DNA from: Octopus vulgaris
Lineage: Eukaryota
Direction of reading: 5' to 3'
NCBI GenBank assembly: GCA_951406725.2
Contig: OX597821.1
Span: forward strand, 1,736,001-1,800,000
DNA: 64,000 nt
Shown here one piece after another: positions 27,451-41,860 of the stretch (positions within the stretch are counted from its first letter, which is position 1; the number at the start of each line of letters is the position of its first letter). A program made the position numbers and the translations under genes. The notes beneath the pieces were generated by a model that did not search any database, was not told the origin of the DNA, and was given only the letters and a program-made list of their open reading frames with translations.

Positions 27451-30114
27451 ATATTAACATTAGAATGTTTAGAATCTTATAATTTTAGATTGATTTTTGT
27501 AGACAAAATTTACTTAAATTTTGGTTTCATATACTGGCATACTTACATCATGCTCATTACGTGTAAAATATCAGAGAAGAGAAGATTCCTGAATTCATTT
27601 AGTAGCATTTGTTAACTTCCACCAAATTTTCAAAATGGAAACGAAAAGAAGTTTAGAAAATAAAAGATTTTTATTGGATAAAAGAGCTTACTCGGTTTTA
27701 TAACATATCACAAAGCCAAAAATAGATGAATGATTGCAAGTGAATCATATTAGAACAGGTATTCAGGATTTAGATTAAAACAATTGTGTACTTCTTGAAA
27801 CTAATTACTAGCTTTCAGATTAGCAATTATATTATTCTGGAATTAATTTAAATGCTGTGGAAATTTCCTCCTACAACACCAGAATCTATCCAATATATCA
27901 AAATCAGACAACAGCCTGATTAGTCATTTAGGCTTCCTAATCCGCTGATATAAGAGTTAGTATCGTGTTTATTTGTTTTGTTTTCTTCCACACAAAAGAA
28001 AGAAAACATTTTCAATAAGACTCATTTATAAAGCTTCTGCATGGACTCTTATCTTGCTAGACGAAGCAGGCATGCTTCTTCTCTAAAATCACATCTCGCC
28101 ATTTTTTAAAAGCGCATTAAATGATTTAATGGTATCTTATTCTTTATAAGTAGGTTAATGATGTTTGGAAGTATCTGCTCAATCAGGGAAGATTCAGGTG
28201 AAATTTCCAGTATATTTGAAATAGTTCTACCTGCTAAAATTAGCAGGTAAGTTCCTGAATTTTTTTACTATGTTCAAAAGATCATCACTGTTCTAGATAT
28301 AAAAATATAATAAAATATTTGTTGATACAAGTGCTCAACAAAGCTAGAGCTGGGGTAGAGCAACGACAACATTATTTAATCAATTTGAAGAGATAAATAA
28401 ATGGTATGTTGTTATGATGCTCATCCATTTACCAAACAGATTGGCATTATAAGGAAAATAAACTGATTTTTTTCTTCTGTTGTAATAGCTTCTTGTTTCT
28501 CGAAGTTTCCCAGTCGAGTCGGGTGTTTGTCATTTCGATACAGCTATTTTGCAGTCGCCTATTAAGTATCAATGATTCAATTTTGAATTATTTGATACCA
28601 GCCTCTCTTTCTGTTTCTGCTCTATCTGCCTGACTGCCTGCTTGTCTGTTTGTATGTCTGCCTGCCTGTCGGTCTGCCTATAGGTCTGCCTGTCTATATG
28701 CCCGTCTGTCTGTCTGTGTCCATATTTATCTCTGTTAGCATATTTCACTTTATCCGTTTGAGGAGAGGAAATGTGTTTATATCAGTCGTGTTTAATTAAT
28801 AAACTGTAATACATTCTCTCTCTCTGTCTCTCTCTCTCTCTCCTTCACACACTAATTCTATGTGTAGATGTTTATTCCTGCACGTGCGCTTATATATATG
28901 TTTATATCCAGTTCCAGAAATTTCCGTCGCCAAACCGTCCGAATGTCCGGTCAACCGTGACTTCGTCGTTGTCCAAACAGCTGCATCTCATCGTCTTATT
29001 CCGGTCGAATTACTACCATAATGTGTTTTGTTCCAAGTAGATGGCCAAGCTCGTAGTTCCTATAATAACCTTCGTTGCTCGGAATTAACTGGTCTTCTAG
29101 CTGCTATAATGGCATATGTTCCTCAGATAAAATTTATTACGTCTCTACTCTAATGACCTCTGTTCATTTGAATCTCAATGAACTTGTACCTATATCCACC
29201 CAGACAAATCTAACCCACGTGTCCCTTTAGCTACAGTCACTCGTATGACGTCCACACTCCGATCCCCGCAGTAGCCGATTACCCATTTCTTTCGGTCCTC
29301 TACAATCTCCTCATCACCCTGACCGTGATTTTCGTGCAGGTGTTAAATTACAATAATTTGAACGTAAGTTAAACAGCATCAAACTCAAACGATATCGAAA
29401 ATGCTGCAAACGTCATACTCGTATGAACATTGTGCTTTCCTCAACACTGAGCTGGTGTGAGAAAAAAAATTGAAACTAAAAAATTGAAAATGAGGTACAA
29501 AAAGTTATACTTGATCCACGTAAAATATCATGCGTAATCACAGTGACTTTGAAGTAACCCTTTTAGTTTCCATACACTGTTGAGGCCGTTTACGTAAATA
29601 CAATTCTGTATTTTCGAGTTGATATGAGACCTTCGATGTAATCGCGTGATTTACTAGAAATGGCACGGAAATCTCTTTTAAATTATACATTATTGCTTTT
29701 CACAGTTAACGGAATATATTCCTTAAAGAAGTTCTAACTACACAGCGTCTGGAGCATAAATGTACTGGTTAATATTGGAAAGCTATTGATCATACGTCTG
29801 ACCATTAATCACTCATTTTAACAAGACTGTAATAAATAGGACTTCAGCAACGACAAAAATAACAACTTCGGAAATACTAAAGCCTGTATTTTTGATGACA
29901 TAAATATGAAGACAGAATATATATTTACTTGTTTCAATAATTGAATTGCTGCAATGCTGGGAGAGTGAGTTGACCCAGGAATAATAGTAAGAGGTGATTC
30001 CACACTCAACAAAATTCTGGAATTCTTGTACCAGGGCCCATGTACTGGATGCAGCTTAAAGTCATAACCCAGGACATAAAGAGATACAAATACGTGATAA
30101 AGAGATACAAATAC

Positions 30115-30754
30115 AGTAATCCGGATGGCCTCTGAGCAAGGACAATCCGAACACAGACAGGTGTTGCAAGGAGTGATCGGTGGAGCGGAAATGGCGTAAG
30201 ACTGGAGTGTCATTGGCGAGGCAGATGTTTCGGAGGTGTTCCGCGAACCGGTCAGCCAAGCGGCGTCCCGTTTGTCCGATGTACAGGGAATGGCAGAGAG
30301 AGCAGGAGATGCAATAGATGATATTGCTGGAGGTGCAGGTGAAGGAGTTGATGATGCGATAGGGTCGATGATGGGTGCCGGTGAGGAGGGTGGTGTTGGA
30401 AAGGTAAGGGCAAGTGTGGCAGCGTGGGCGGGAGCAGGGGAATGAGCCATATTGGGAGGTAGGGTTGGGGAAGAAGCTGTGGACCAAGAGGTCTCGTAGG
30501 TTATGGGCTCGTTTGAAGGAGGGGAGGGGTCGGTTAGGGAAGAGGTGTGAAGTGGACGGGTCGGACTGGAGATGCCGGAAAGCTCGAAGAATGGTGCGTT
30601 CGAAAGGTAGGGTAGTGGGGTTGGAAGTGAGGGGAAAAGGGAGGCGGGAGACTGCAAGGCGGGTTGGGGGGGAGCAGATGCACGGTCTACGGAATGTGCT
30701 CTGGCAAGGGCAGTGTGGATAGTGGTGAGGGGTTATCCACGTAGGATGAGCCAT
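30115..30754 (-). pseudogene. PLE GIY-YIG endonuclease domain (3'-truncated)
   Basis: ORF 30062-30754. Confidence 0.9.
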
Positions 30755-30926
30755 GAGTTGAGACTGAGTCTCAAAGTCATGGTCGTCACTACAGAGCCTA
30801 CGTAGACGGAGGAATTGGGAATAGGGGATGGAAAGCTTGGTGTGTTTGGGGTGAGAGGAAGAGAAGTTTGTGTTTTTGTTGTGAATGGAGGTGGTAAGAG
30901 TGGAGTGATGAATGCTGACCGAAATG

Positions 30927-32057
30927 TCAAGAAAGGAGACAGGTGTTAGAGATAGTGCAAGCGAAGTGGAGGGCAGGATGGAAGGATTTAACTAAGGAGA
31001 AGAAGGAGTCTAGATGTTCGCGGGAGAGTGAGGTGGCACCGGTACAGTCGTCAATGTAACGATCGTATAGTTCAGGAGTGGGACCAGTGAAACTAGAGAA
31101 TATTTGGGCCTCAACATAGCCAACGAACAGGTTCGCATAGTTGGGGCCCATTCGCGTTCCCATGGTCACTCCAGAGATCTATTGGTATAACTCACCCGCG
31201 AACGAGAAGCAGTTAAGAGAAAGGACAAGTTCGGCCAGACGAATGAGTGTGGAGGTGTCGGGTTCGGGATTGGGGCGGAGGTCGAGAAAGTGTTGAAGTG
31301 CACGCAGCCCCTCGTGGTGAGGGATGACGGTATAGAGGCTCTGGATGTCCATTGTAAAGAGGAGTTCGGAGGAGCAAGGAGGAAAGGAGAAAGAGTTGAA
31401 ATGCCGGAGAGAATGGTTGGTGTCGTGGATGTGAGAGGGAAGAGACGCCACTAGGGGGGCAAGGACACGGTCGAGGCATTTTGAGATAAGCTCGTTGGGG
31501 CAGTTACAGGCGGAGACGATGGGGCGGCCAGGGTTGTTGGGTTTGTGGGTTCTGGGGAGGAAGTAAATGGTGGGGGTGCGTGGGGTTCGGACAATGAGGT
31601 TGGATGCGGTGTGGGGGAGACGGGAGTACGAGATGAGGTCGTGGACAGTAGAGGAGACCGTCTGTTGGTAGCTAAGCGTGGGCGTCAGAGGACAGAGGGG
31701 AGTAGAAGGAGGTGTCATTGAGTTGGCGGAGCGCCTCGGCCCTGTAGAGGTCCGCGCGTCATACCACCACAGCTCCACCCTTATCGGCCGGTTTGATGAC
31801 AATGTCAGCGCGCCGTCGGAGGGAACGAAGAGCCGAGTGTTCATCCGGGGAGATGTTGAGGCGGCGGTGGCGCCTGGAGAAGTTGAACCGCTACAATGCA
31901 CGCTGACAGGCACCCGCGGAAAGATCCACTGCATGGAACTGGCCGGGGGCAGGCGTCCACTGGGATGGCCGGCGGCCCAGGTCAGTGAAGCAGTCCTCCT
32001 TGTTGGATGCGGGTGGTATGTCGCGGAAAAACGTACCCAACCGGACGCGTCGCACAA
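30927..32057 (-). pseudogene. PLE reverse transcriptase domain (disrupted)
   Basis: ORFs 31179-32057 and 30927-31169. Confidence 0.9.
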
Positions 32058-32494
32058 AGCTGTGGACGCGTCTGGATTTCCTTACAGGATGGAGTGAGGG
32101 GGATGAAACGCAGACCCCTACTGAGGATGGAGCGTTCCGCCGCAGAGAGGGGAAGATCTGGGGGAATGGTAACAACAGACTGAAGTGGAGAAGGGGTGGA
32201 TGGAATGGAAGTAGGAGGGGTGGATGGAATAGGAGTAGGAAAGGTGGTAGGGCTGGTGGAGATCTGAGGGGGGGAGTGGGGAGGTGTGTGGGGGGTTGTT
32301 AGGAGGGACAGTGGGGTAAGGTGTGGGTGGGTGGAGCCTATCAGGGGGGAGAAGGGTAATGGAGGAGTTGGGGTAGTGGCGTCGGGTGTGATGGAATGGA
32401 GGAGTGATTGGAGTTTACGAAGTTTGGTATTGGAAAGAAATTGATGAAAGAGGTGATTTAAATGGGTAATGAAGTGCAACGTTATAGTATTAAA

Positions 32495-33185
32495 TTTTTA
32501 TGCATAAAAAGTCAATAGACGCAGGAGTGGCTGTGTGGTAAGTAGCTTGCTAACCAACCACACGGTTCCTGGTTCAGTCCCACTGCGTGGCATCTTGGGC
32601 AAGTGTTTTCTGCTATAGCCCCGGGCCGACCAATGCCTTGTGAGTGGATTTGGTAGACGGAAACTGAAAGAAGCCTGTCGTATATATGTAAATATATATA
32701 TATATGTGTATGTGTGTGTGTGTGTGTGTGGAGTTCGTGTGTCTGTATTTGTCCCCCTAGCATTGCTTGACAACCGATGCTGGTGTGTTTACGTCCCCGT
32801 CACTTAGCGGTTCGGCAAAAGAGACCGATAGAATAAGTACTGGGCTTACAAAGAATAAGTCCCGGGGTCGATTTGATCGACTAAAGGCGGTGCTCCAGCA
32901 TGGCCGCAGTCAAATGACTGAAACAAGTAAAAGAGTAAAAGAGTAAGACGACATATTTTTTAATATAAAATAGTGTACATTTAAACACAAAGAGAAATTA
33001 CCTATAACAGGCAATTTCTAAACGCTAGGAGACAGTCAAAACGACCGAAGACCACGAAAAAAAAAATTTAAGCAATTTCAAAGGGAATGAAAAAATAAAA
33101 TAAAAACGAAAAAAATAAACGCTTTTAATTTGTAAAAGTTTTATTTTTATTTATTATCTTTTCATTCCCTTTGAAATTGCTTACA
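32495..33185. mobile_element. Fold-back pLTR element (2041/57790 family) interrupted by SINE A
   Basis: ataaaaagtcaatagac|SINE|gacgacatatt..aaatagtgtacatttaaac; inverted arms ~33069-33105 / ~33140-33183. Confidence 0.65.
32516..32945 (+). mobile_element. SINE family A, full length
   Basis: Complete head to (aaaagagt)n tail; possible TSD agacg. Confidence 0.92.
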
Positions 33186-33577
33186 TTTTTTCACCTACTG
33201 ATTAGGTGAAACTTGGCTTAGTCTGGTGATTCTAGAGACGGTCATGGGCGGTTAATTCTCACCTTTCAGTGTATATGCGGTATACAGCGATCTTCTTACA
33301 GCATTAAGAGCTTTTTGAATATTATTTCTAGCAATGAAGGTGTTTCGGCTCCTTCAATCACACTACATTGACGATAACATTTTTCTCTATGGTATTACAT
33401 GGTGCCAGCTGTTTATCAATGTTTAGTGTCAGTCGAAATTGCTACGATGATCCGGTTCTTGACTGAAGATTGAGGGCTTCGAATGTTCCGTCCGTGTTTT
33501 TTGTATCGTCTTCGAAGTGTTTTGCGTTCTTGTCCCAGTTTGTATTTTTCTACACAATAATTATATATATATACACA

Positions 33578-33608
<31 letters not shown>

Positions 33609-33615
33609 GTATATA

Positions 33616-33681
<66 letters not shown>

Positions 33682-33686
33682 CATAC

Positions 33687-33732
<46 letters not shown>

Positions 33733-33735
<3 letters not shown>

Positions 33736-34005
33736 TGTACTCGCCTATCAAGTAATTTGATCTGAGATCGTGTGCTTAAACGAAAACAATTGCAGCGTGG
33801 AAGGTGTTTATAAGGAAACACACAAAAGCCGTTCGATTCACTTCAACATTTAAGTTTAATTTGTCAAAATATTTTCGTCGCTAAAATCCGCGACCTGTTC
33901 ACTGACAAAAATCTGTGCTGCATCCGTGAATAGGTCGTGGATTTTAGCGACGAAAATATTTTGACAAATTAAACTTAAATGTTGAAGTCGAACAAATGGC
34001 TGTTT
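33733..34005. mobile_element. Fold-back PLE pLTR element between (TA)n tracts
   Basis: Inverted arms ~33825-33902 / 33926-34003; same family as 495-742. Confidence 0.85.
33860..33909 (-). ncRNA. Hammerhead ribozyme with G3-C8 swapped core
   Basis: rc tttgtca GTGAACA g gtcgc ggatttta gcgac GAAA ATAT TT tgacaaa; 7-bp stem I, 5-bp stem II, palindrome AAATATTT. Confidence 0.75.
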
Positions 34006-34055
34006 GTATATATATATATATAAAATCCAAATTGAGAGAGTAGAACAGGTAAAAT

Positions 34056-34115
34056 CCAGGTTACATATGTTTCGTAAATAACAGCTCCACTGTTGTAATA
34101 ACTACTTAACGAGAG
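34056..34115 (-). ncRNA. 3' half of a hammerhead in a truncated pLTR
   Basis: rc acaacag tggag ctgttat ttac GAAAC ATAT GTA acctgg; CUGANGA half missing. Confidence 0.45.
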
Positions 34116-34267
34116 TACTCAACTAGCACGCCGAGGATACTGTGATTATAAGGTTACTTTGTTGTTCGGCAATCTCAAGTTAATACATCGTAGACATTAT
34201 TTGAAAGGAATACCAAATCATGTCATGAGCTTCAGCTGCTCACTCTCTCTCCTTCTCTCTCTCTCAC

Positions 34268-34316
<49 letters not shown>

Positions 34317-34514
34317 CAATGTAGTTCGTTGCATAAGTCCTTATTCGGTTGTGATTTAAATTTCTCATTACCGCTCTGTACTTGACTGACTCTTCATTCG
34401 GAAGAGTTATCAGTATCGTTATGTCTAAGCGAAAAGATGCTGCTGCTGCTGCTGCTGATGATGATAATCATGATGATGATAATGATAATAATATTAATAA
34501 TAATAATAATAATG

Positions 34515-34619
<105 letters not shown>

Positions 34620-34893
34620 GTAATAATAATAATGAACAGCGCACAAACACAAGACACACTCTATACAACAATTACGTAGTGAAGTAAACCTCCACTGGAA
34701 AGTTAGGTAACCGACGCATTACACACTCAATACATAATACAAGCAGTAATACAACAAAAGACTGCAGCACACCTCAAGGGAAATAAAACTAACATAATAC
34801 AAAGCCGGGAAGAATTTGCGGACTCCTAACAACAAAGAAGTATTCACAATGCTCATCTCACCACTCTCTCTCAGAAACACGGAGTATACAGGT

Positions 34894-34961
<68 letters not shown>

Positions 34962-35831
34962 TATATATATATAGCATAGTATATTGTATTAGTATATAGT
35001 AGTAGTAGTATATGTAGTCTCAGACAATGACTACACACACACTCACTCTTTCTGTTTGTTGTCTCTTTCTCTCTCTCTCGCATGCACATGCATGTGTGTG
35101 TGTGTATGTGTGTGTGTGTATCGTGATATTGGTGCAATATTTGACAACTACTTCCACTGACAAGATAATGGTCAACGCTAGATGATCGTGCCTTGCAGCA
35201 CGTTGGAACTCGGGATCGGTTAGGCCGAGAGAACCGCGCATAGAACTAAAACCTTGCCATGTGTATATAATAAGATTGCTAACTCAAGAGGAAAAGTTAA
35301 AATATGATATAACAAGCCTATATCGTCTGGTACAAACAATATAGCTTTATTTCATTTGACTGACATAATATGTATTCCATATTCGGATTTAGTGAAGTTA
35401 ACCAGAAAAGTAATTACCTGTTTTGCAAGTACACAGTGGAAGTGTTGAATCACTTCTTTGACACTCGTAGCACTAAAGATAATTGCTATGTCTGTGGAGT
35501 AAAAGTACAAGTTTAAGTAGAGGTTATGAAAGCCAACGACTACTAAAGAAACGAAAGAACTGTTATTAACCATATATCTATTCGTTAGGCTGCGAGACAG
35601 AACCGATTAGTTTGCCCAGATTGAGAGAAGATACATTTGTGTTAGACTAATACATTAAAGATTCAGTCAGAATTCTTAGAGATACGAATAAACCAGGAAT
35701 ACCAAGGCAGCTGAAGTGTTATTTGATCTTAACATATTTCTCTGAGCAAATGTGATTCTTATTTACCTATCTTTTCCCCTCCTCCTATGTCACGATATCT
35801 CTCTCCGTTTCTCATGTCTTTCATTTCCTCT

Positions 35832-36320
<489 letters not shown>

Positions 36321-36426
36321 GCATATACATATACATACAAGCATACGCGCGCACACACACATACCTAATATACATGGACAATGCAGATAAGAAGAGATAA
36401 TGCAGATAACGAGCAAAATACGCAAT

Positions 36427-36860
36427 AGGCTGTGGTAAGTAGCTTGCTTACTTACAACAGGCTGTGTGGTAAGTAGCTTGCTTACCAGCCACATGGTTCC
36501 GGGTTCAGTCGAACTGCGTGGCACCTTGGGCAAGTGTCTTCTACTATAGCCTCTGGTCAACCAAAGCCTTGTGAGTGGATTTGGTAGGCAGAAACTGAAA
36601 GAAGCCCGTCGTATATATGTATATATATATATATGTATGTGTGTGTGTATATATGTCTGTGTGTCTGTGTTTCTCCCTCTAATATTGCTTGACAACCGAT
36701 GGTGGTGTGTTTACGTCCTTGTAACTTAGCGGTTCTGGAGAAAAGACCGATGAATAAGTACTGGGCTTCCCAAGAATAAGTCCTGGGGTCGATTTGCTCG
36801 ACTAAATGCGGTGCTCCAGCATGGCCGCAGTCAAATACCTGAAACAAATAAAAGAATAAA
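36427..36860 (+). mobile_element. SINE family A with duplicated head segment
   Basis: Family A homology; tandem aggctg(tg)tggtaagtagcttgcttac. Confidence 0.88.
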
Positions 36861-37114
36861 GCAATAAAAGAATAAATGAAAATTAAAATAACAAAATAAA
36901 TATATAGAAATGGGGAATCTGCGCAAGAGATTACTGTGGTTTTATTAGTTAGTGCAAGTCGTGAATCAGAAATGAAAATAATACAAAAACAAAACTTACT
37001 GGTAGACAACCATCATCAGACTCTATGTGAAGTCACGGCATGGATTCGGACAGGCCTGAGTTTGAATATTGTTATAGCAGCATGCCTTGTTTGCTGCATT
37101 GTAACAGTCACTTG

Positions 37115-39230
<2,116 letters not shown>

Positions 39231-39667
39231 TTTACTTATTTCGGTTTTTATTAGTTTTTGCATGAGAATTGTGTTACTAATTAGTGTTTTATTTTTCTGC
39301 TTCCAATATGTATTCGCTGTCATTAGAATTCCGTTAGGGTATTGCGTATAAAGCCGTATAGATCATTCTAGACAATAGTATGAGGATAATGGTGTGAGAT
39401 TAATGTCGTACAAGTCTGTTGCAATAACGATCTCGACGAGTTATCAGGACAATAGATTCTGTGCACATTTATCAGTTTATCTATGAATCCTTTTTTGTTG
39501 TTGCTTATTCTCTATCCATTGATTCCCGAAGGTCAGTTTATCGCTGAATATTCCAAACTTTCTCTGGTGTTAATCGAATGTGGGAGAAATATCCTGATCG
39601 AATAGGCCTATGATCCTATCATCACTTTCTTTGTATAGGCGATTGAGGACTGCATTATCCAGTAGAT

Positions 39668-39890
39668 ATTTTATTTTTTTCTATTCTAGGCACAAGGCCC
39701 GAAACTTTTGGGGAGGCGCTCAGTCGATTAGATCAACCCCAGTACCTATCTGGTACTTCATTTGTCGACACCGAAAGGATGAAAAGCAAAGTCGACCTCG
39801 GCGGAATTTGAACTCAGAACGTAGAGACAGTAGAAATACCACTATGAATTTCACCCGGCGTGCTAGCGTTTCTGCTAGCTCGCCGCCTTC
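39668..39890 (-). mobile_element. SINE family B
   Basis: rc ggcggcgagctagcagaaacgctagc..ggccttgtgcctagaatagaaa tail. Confidence 0.85.
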
Positions 39891-40776
39891 CATTTTATTA
39901 AAATAGCAGTTTGTTATTTGGGGTGAGATTTTGCTGTTGGATGTTTTAGTAAATCAAGCGCCTCTTGGAAATTTCTTTTCTGATTCGCATACAAGTGTTG
40001 GACCAAACATCACTAATTGGTAGTGGTGACCTGTTATTAGTATTGATGGTGTATGCCCATTGTCATTGATAAGTGTTTTTATGTACATAGAATAGTATTT
40101 TATTTAAACAATCTAAAAGCGTAAAAGGCGTGATTTTGCCTTTCCTGCCATTGATACTGTCAGTGTTGTTGCTGACGTCAGCAATCTCTTTATCGTAGCT
40201 ACTGTGATGGTATCTTGGATTGTTGTTTTTGAACTAGTTGCCGATAGAACCGCCTTGTCTACAAGATTTTCTGTTTGCCTCTTTCTTTCCCACCCTCTTC
40301 TGTATTACATACATAAATAATGGTTCATATGTGTAAGAGTGTATACGTATATCTATGGACCTAAATATAGAAGGGGCGGTCTCGAACCTATGTCACCTTC
40401 TGCTTTATCTCTTAGTGCATATGCCATTGATGATGATGTTAATAATTTGCATAACGGGAATAGACATCAAGAATTTTGCACTATTATTTCAATTTAAAAA
40501 ATGATAAAATGCTTCACAAAATAATGATGTAATCATGGCAACAATTTGCCGAAACTCGTGTATGTTTTATAAAGCATAAAGTGCCCTATATATTTTCTGT
40601 ATTTGCATATTATGACTACATGTCCTCTGTCTCGTGGTTTCAGTGTAGGACATACTACTGAGTCAGAGATTTGGTTGCGTGCTGCGTTGCGTTTTTATTG
40701 GCTAAACTGGCAAAATGACCATTCCGAAATATAACAATATCTGTTTCAACACGCGACTTCACATAAAAAATCTTGC

Positions 40777-40870
<94 letters not shown>

Positions 40871-40886
40871 ATCTATATATGCATGA

Positions 40887-40924
<38 letters not shown>

Positions 40925-41238
40925 TTATTTGTAGGCATATACGTATCTACGTATTATACAGAATAATACTGTATAAATACACACAATCCGTGGTCTATTT
41001 CTTTCTCTTAGATACACACACATATGCACACGCACAAACACACACACAGACACAGACACACATACAGAGACACATACACAGAGACTCGCACACATACTTG
41101 ATAATGTTATAGATGTGTGTGCTTGAGTACACTAAACATTAACGGAATAAAGAACTCAATACTTGCTGTAGAACCATAAAGAGATTTATGATCAACTGTG
41201 CATATTTACATCTATGAATATATACATATACACATGTG

Positions 41239-41278
<40 letters not shown>

Positions 41279-41554
41279 TATATATTTCTATATATGCATA
41301 TACATATACATATATATATGTATATATACGTATATATGTACAAAAGCGTTAGTCTTTGATGCTGTGTATGTTTCTGAGTGTATGCATATGTCTACGTATG
41401 GATATCTTTGTGTAACTGAATATATTAATGAAATATGAATATCTTATATGTATGCATTCATATAAATGTATAAAGTTATGAATGATAATAGTACTCTCTT
41501 TTATTTACATGTATCTATCTATCCATGTATCTACGTATCTATCTATATTATATT

Positions 41555-41630
<76 letters not shown>

Positions 41631-41722
41631 TATGCATAATTATATATACATACATATATATATGCATGCATGCATACATATATGTGCATATGTGTATATA
41701 TATATATATATATTTATATATA

Positions 41723-41860
41723 TTGATAAAACAGTAAGATAACAAAAGAAAGAAAGAGACCTCAATATTATGTAAATAGAGGAAATTTATCTATACAATA
41801 ATATGTTACATTACTCAGTAGTCAAGATAAAACTGCTGGAGTTTCAGATGCCGAAGTGGA
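41723..41860 (-). mobile_element. pLTR-like fragment at (TA)n edge
   Basis: aaagagacctcaatattatgtaaataga shared with 23181-23228 + 23406-23420. Confidence 0.5.

Larger units (their letters stand above)
30115..32480 (-). mobile_element. Penelope-like element (Neptune-like), decayed, GC-rich
   Basis: RT: PGRPIVS, FTMDIQSLYTVIPH, MGTRMGPNYANLFVG, RYIDD; CxxxxCxxC linker and GIY-YIG NIIYCISCSLCHSLYIGQTGRRLADRFAEH; several frameshifts. Confidence 0.93.

Noticed and set aside
27750-28450. Possible very old Tc1 transposase remnant on the minus strand
   Set aside because: Only faint motif resemblance, no TIRs found
33365-33562. pLTR-like segment ending in (TA)n with ttgacga..gtcgaaattgcta and ctgaaga motifs
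   Set aside because: Could not assemble consistent stems I-III
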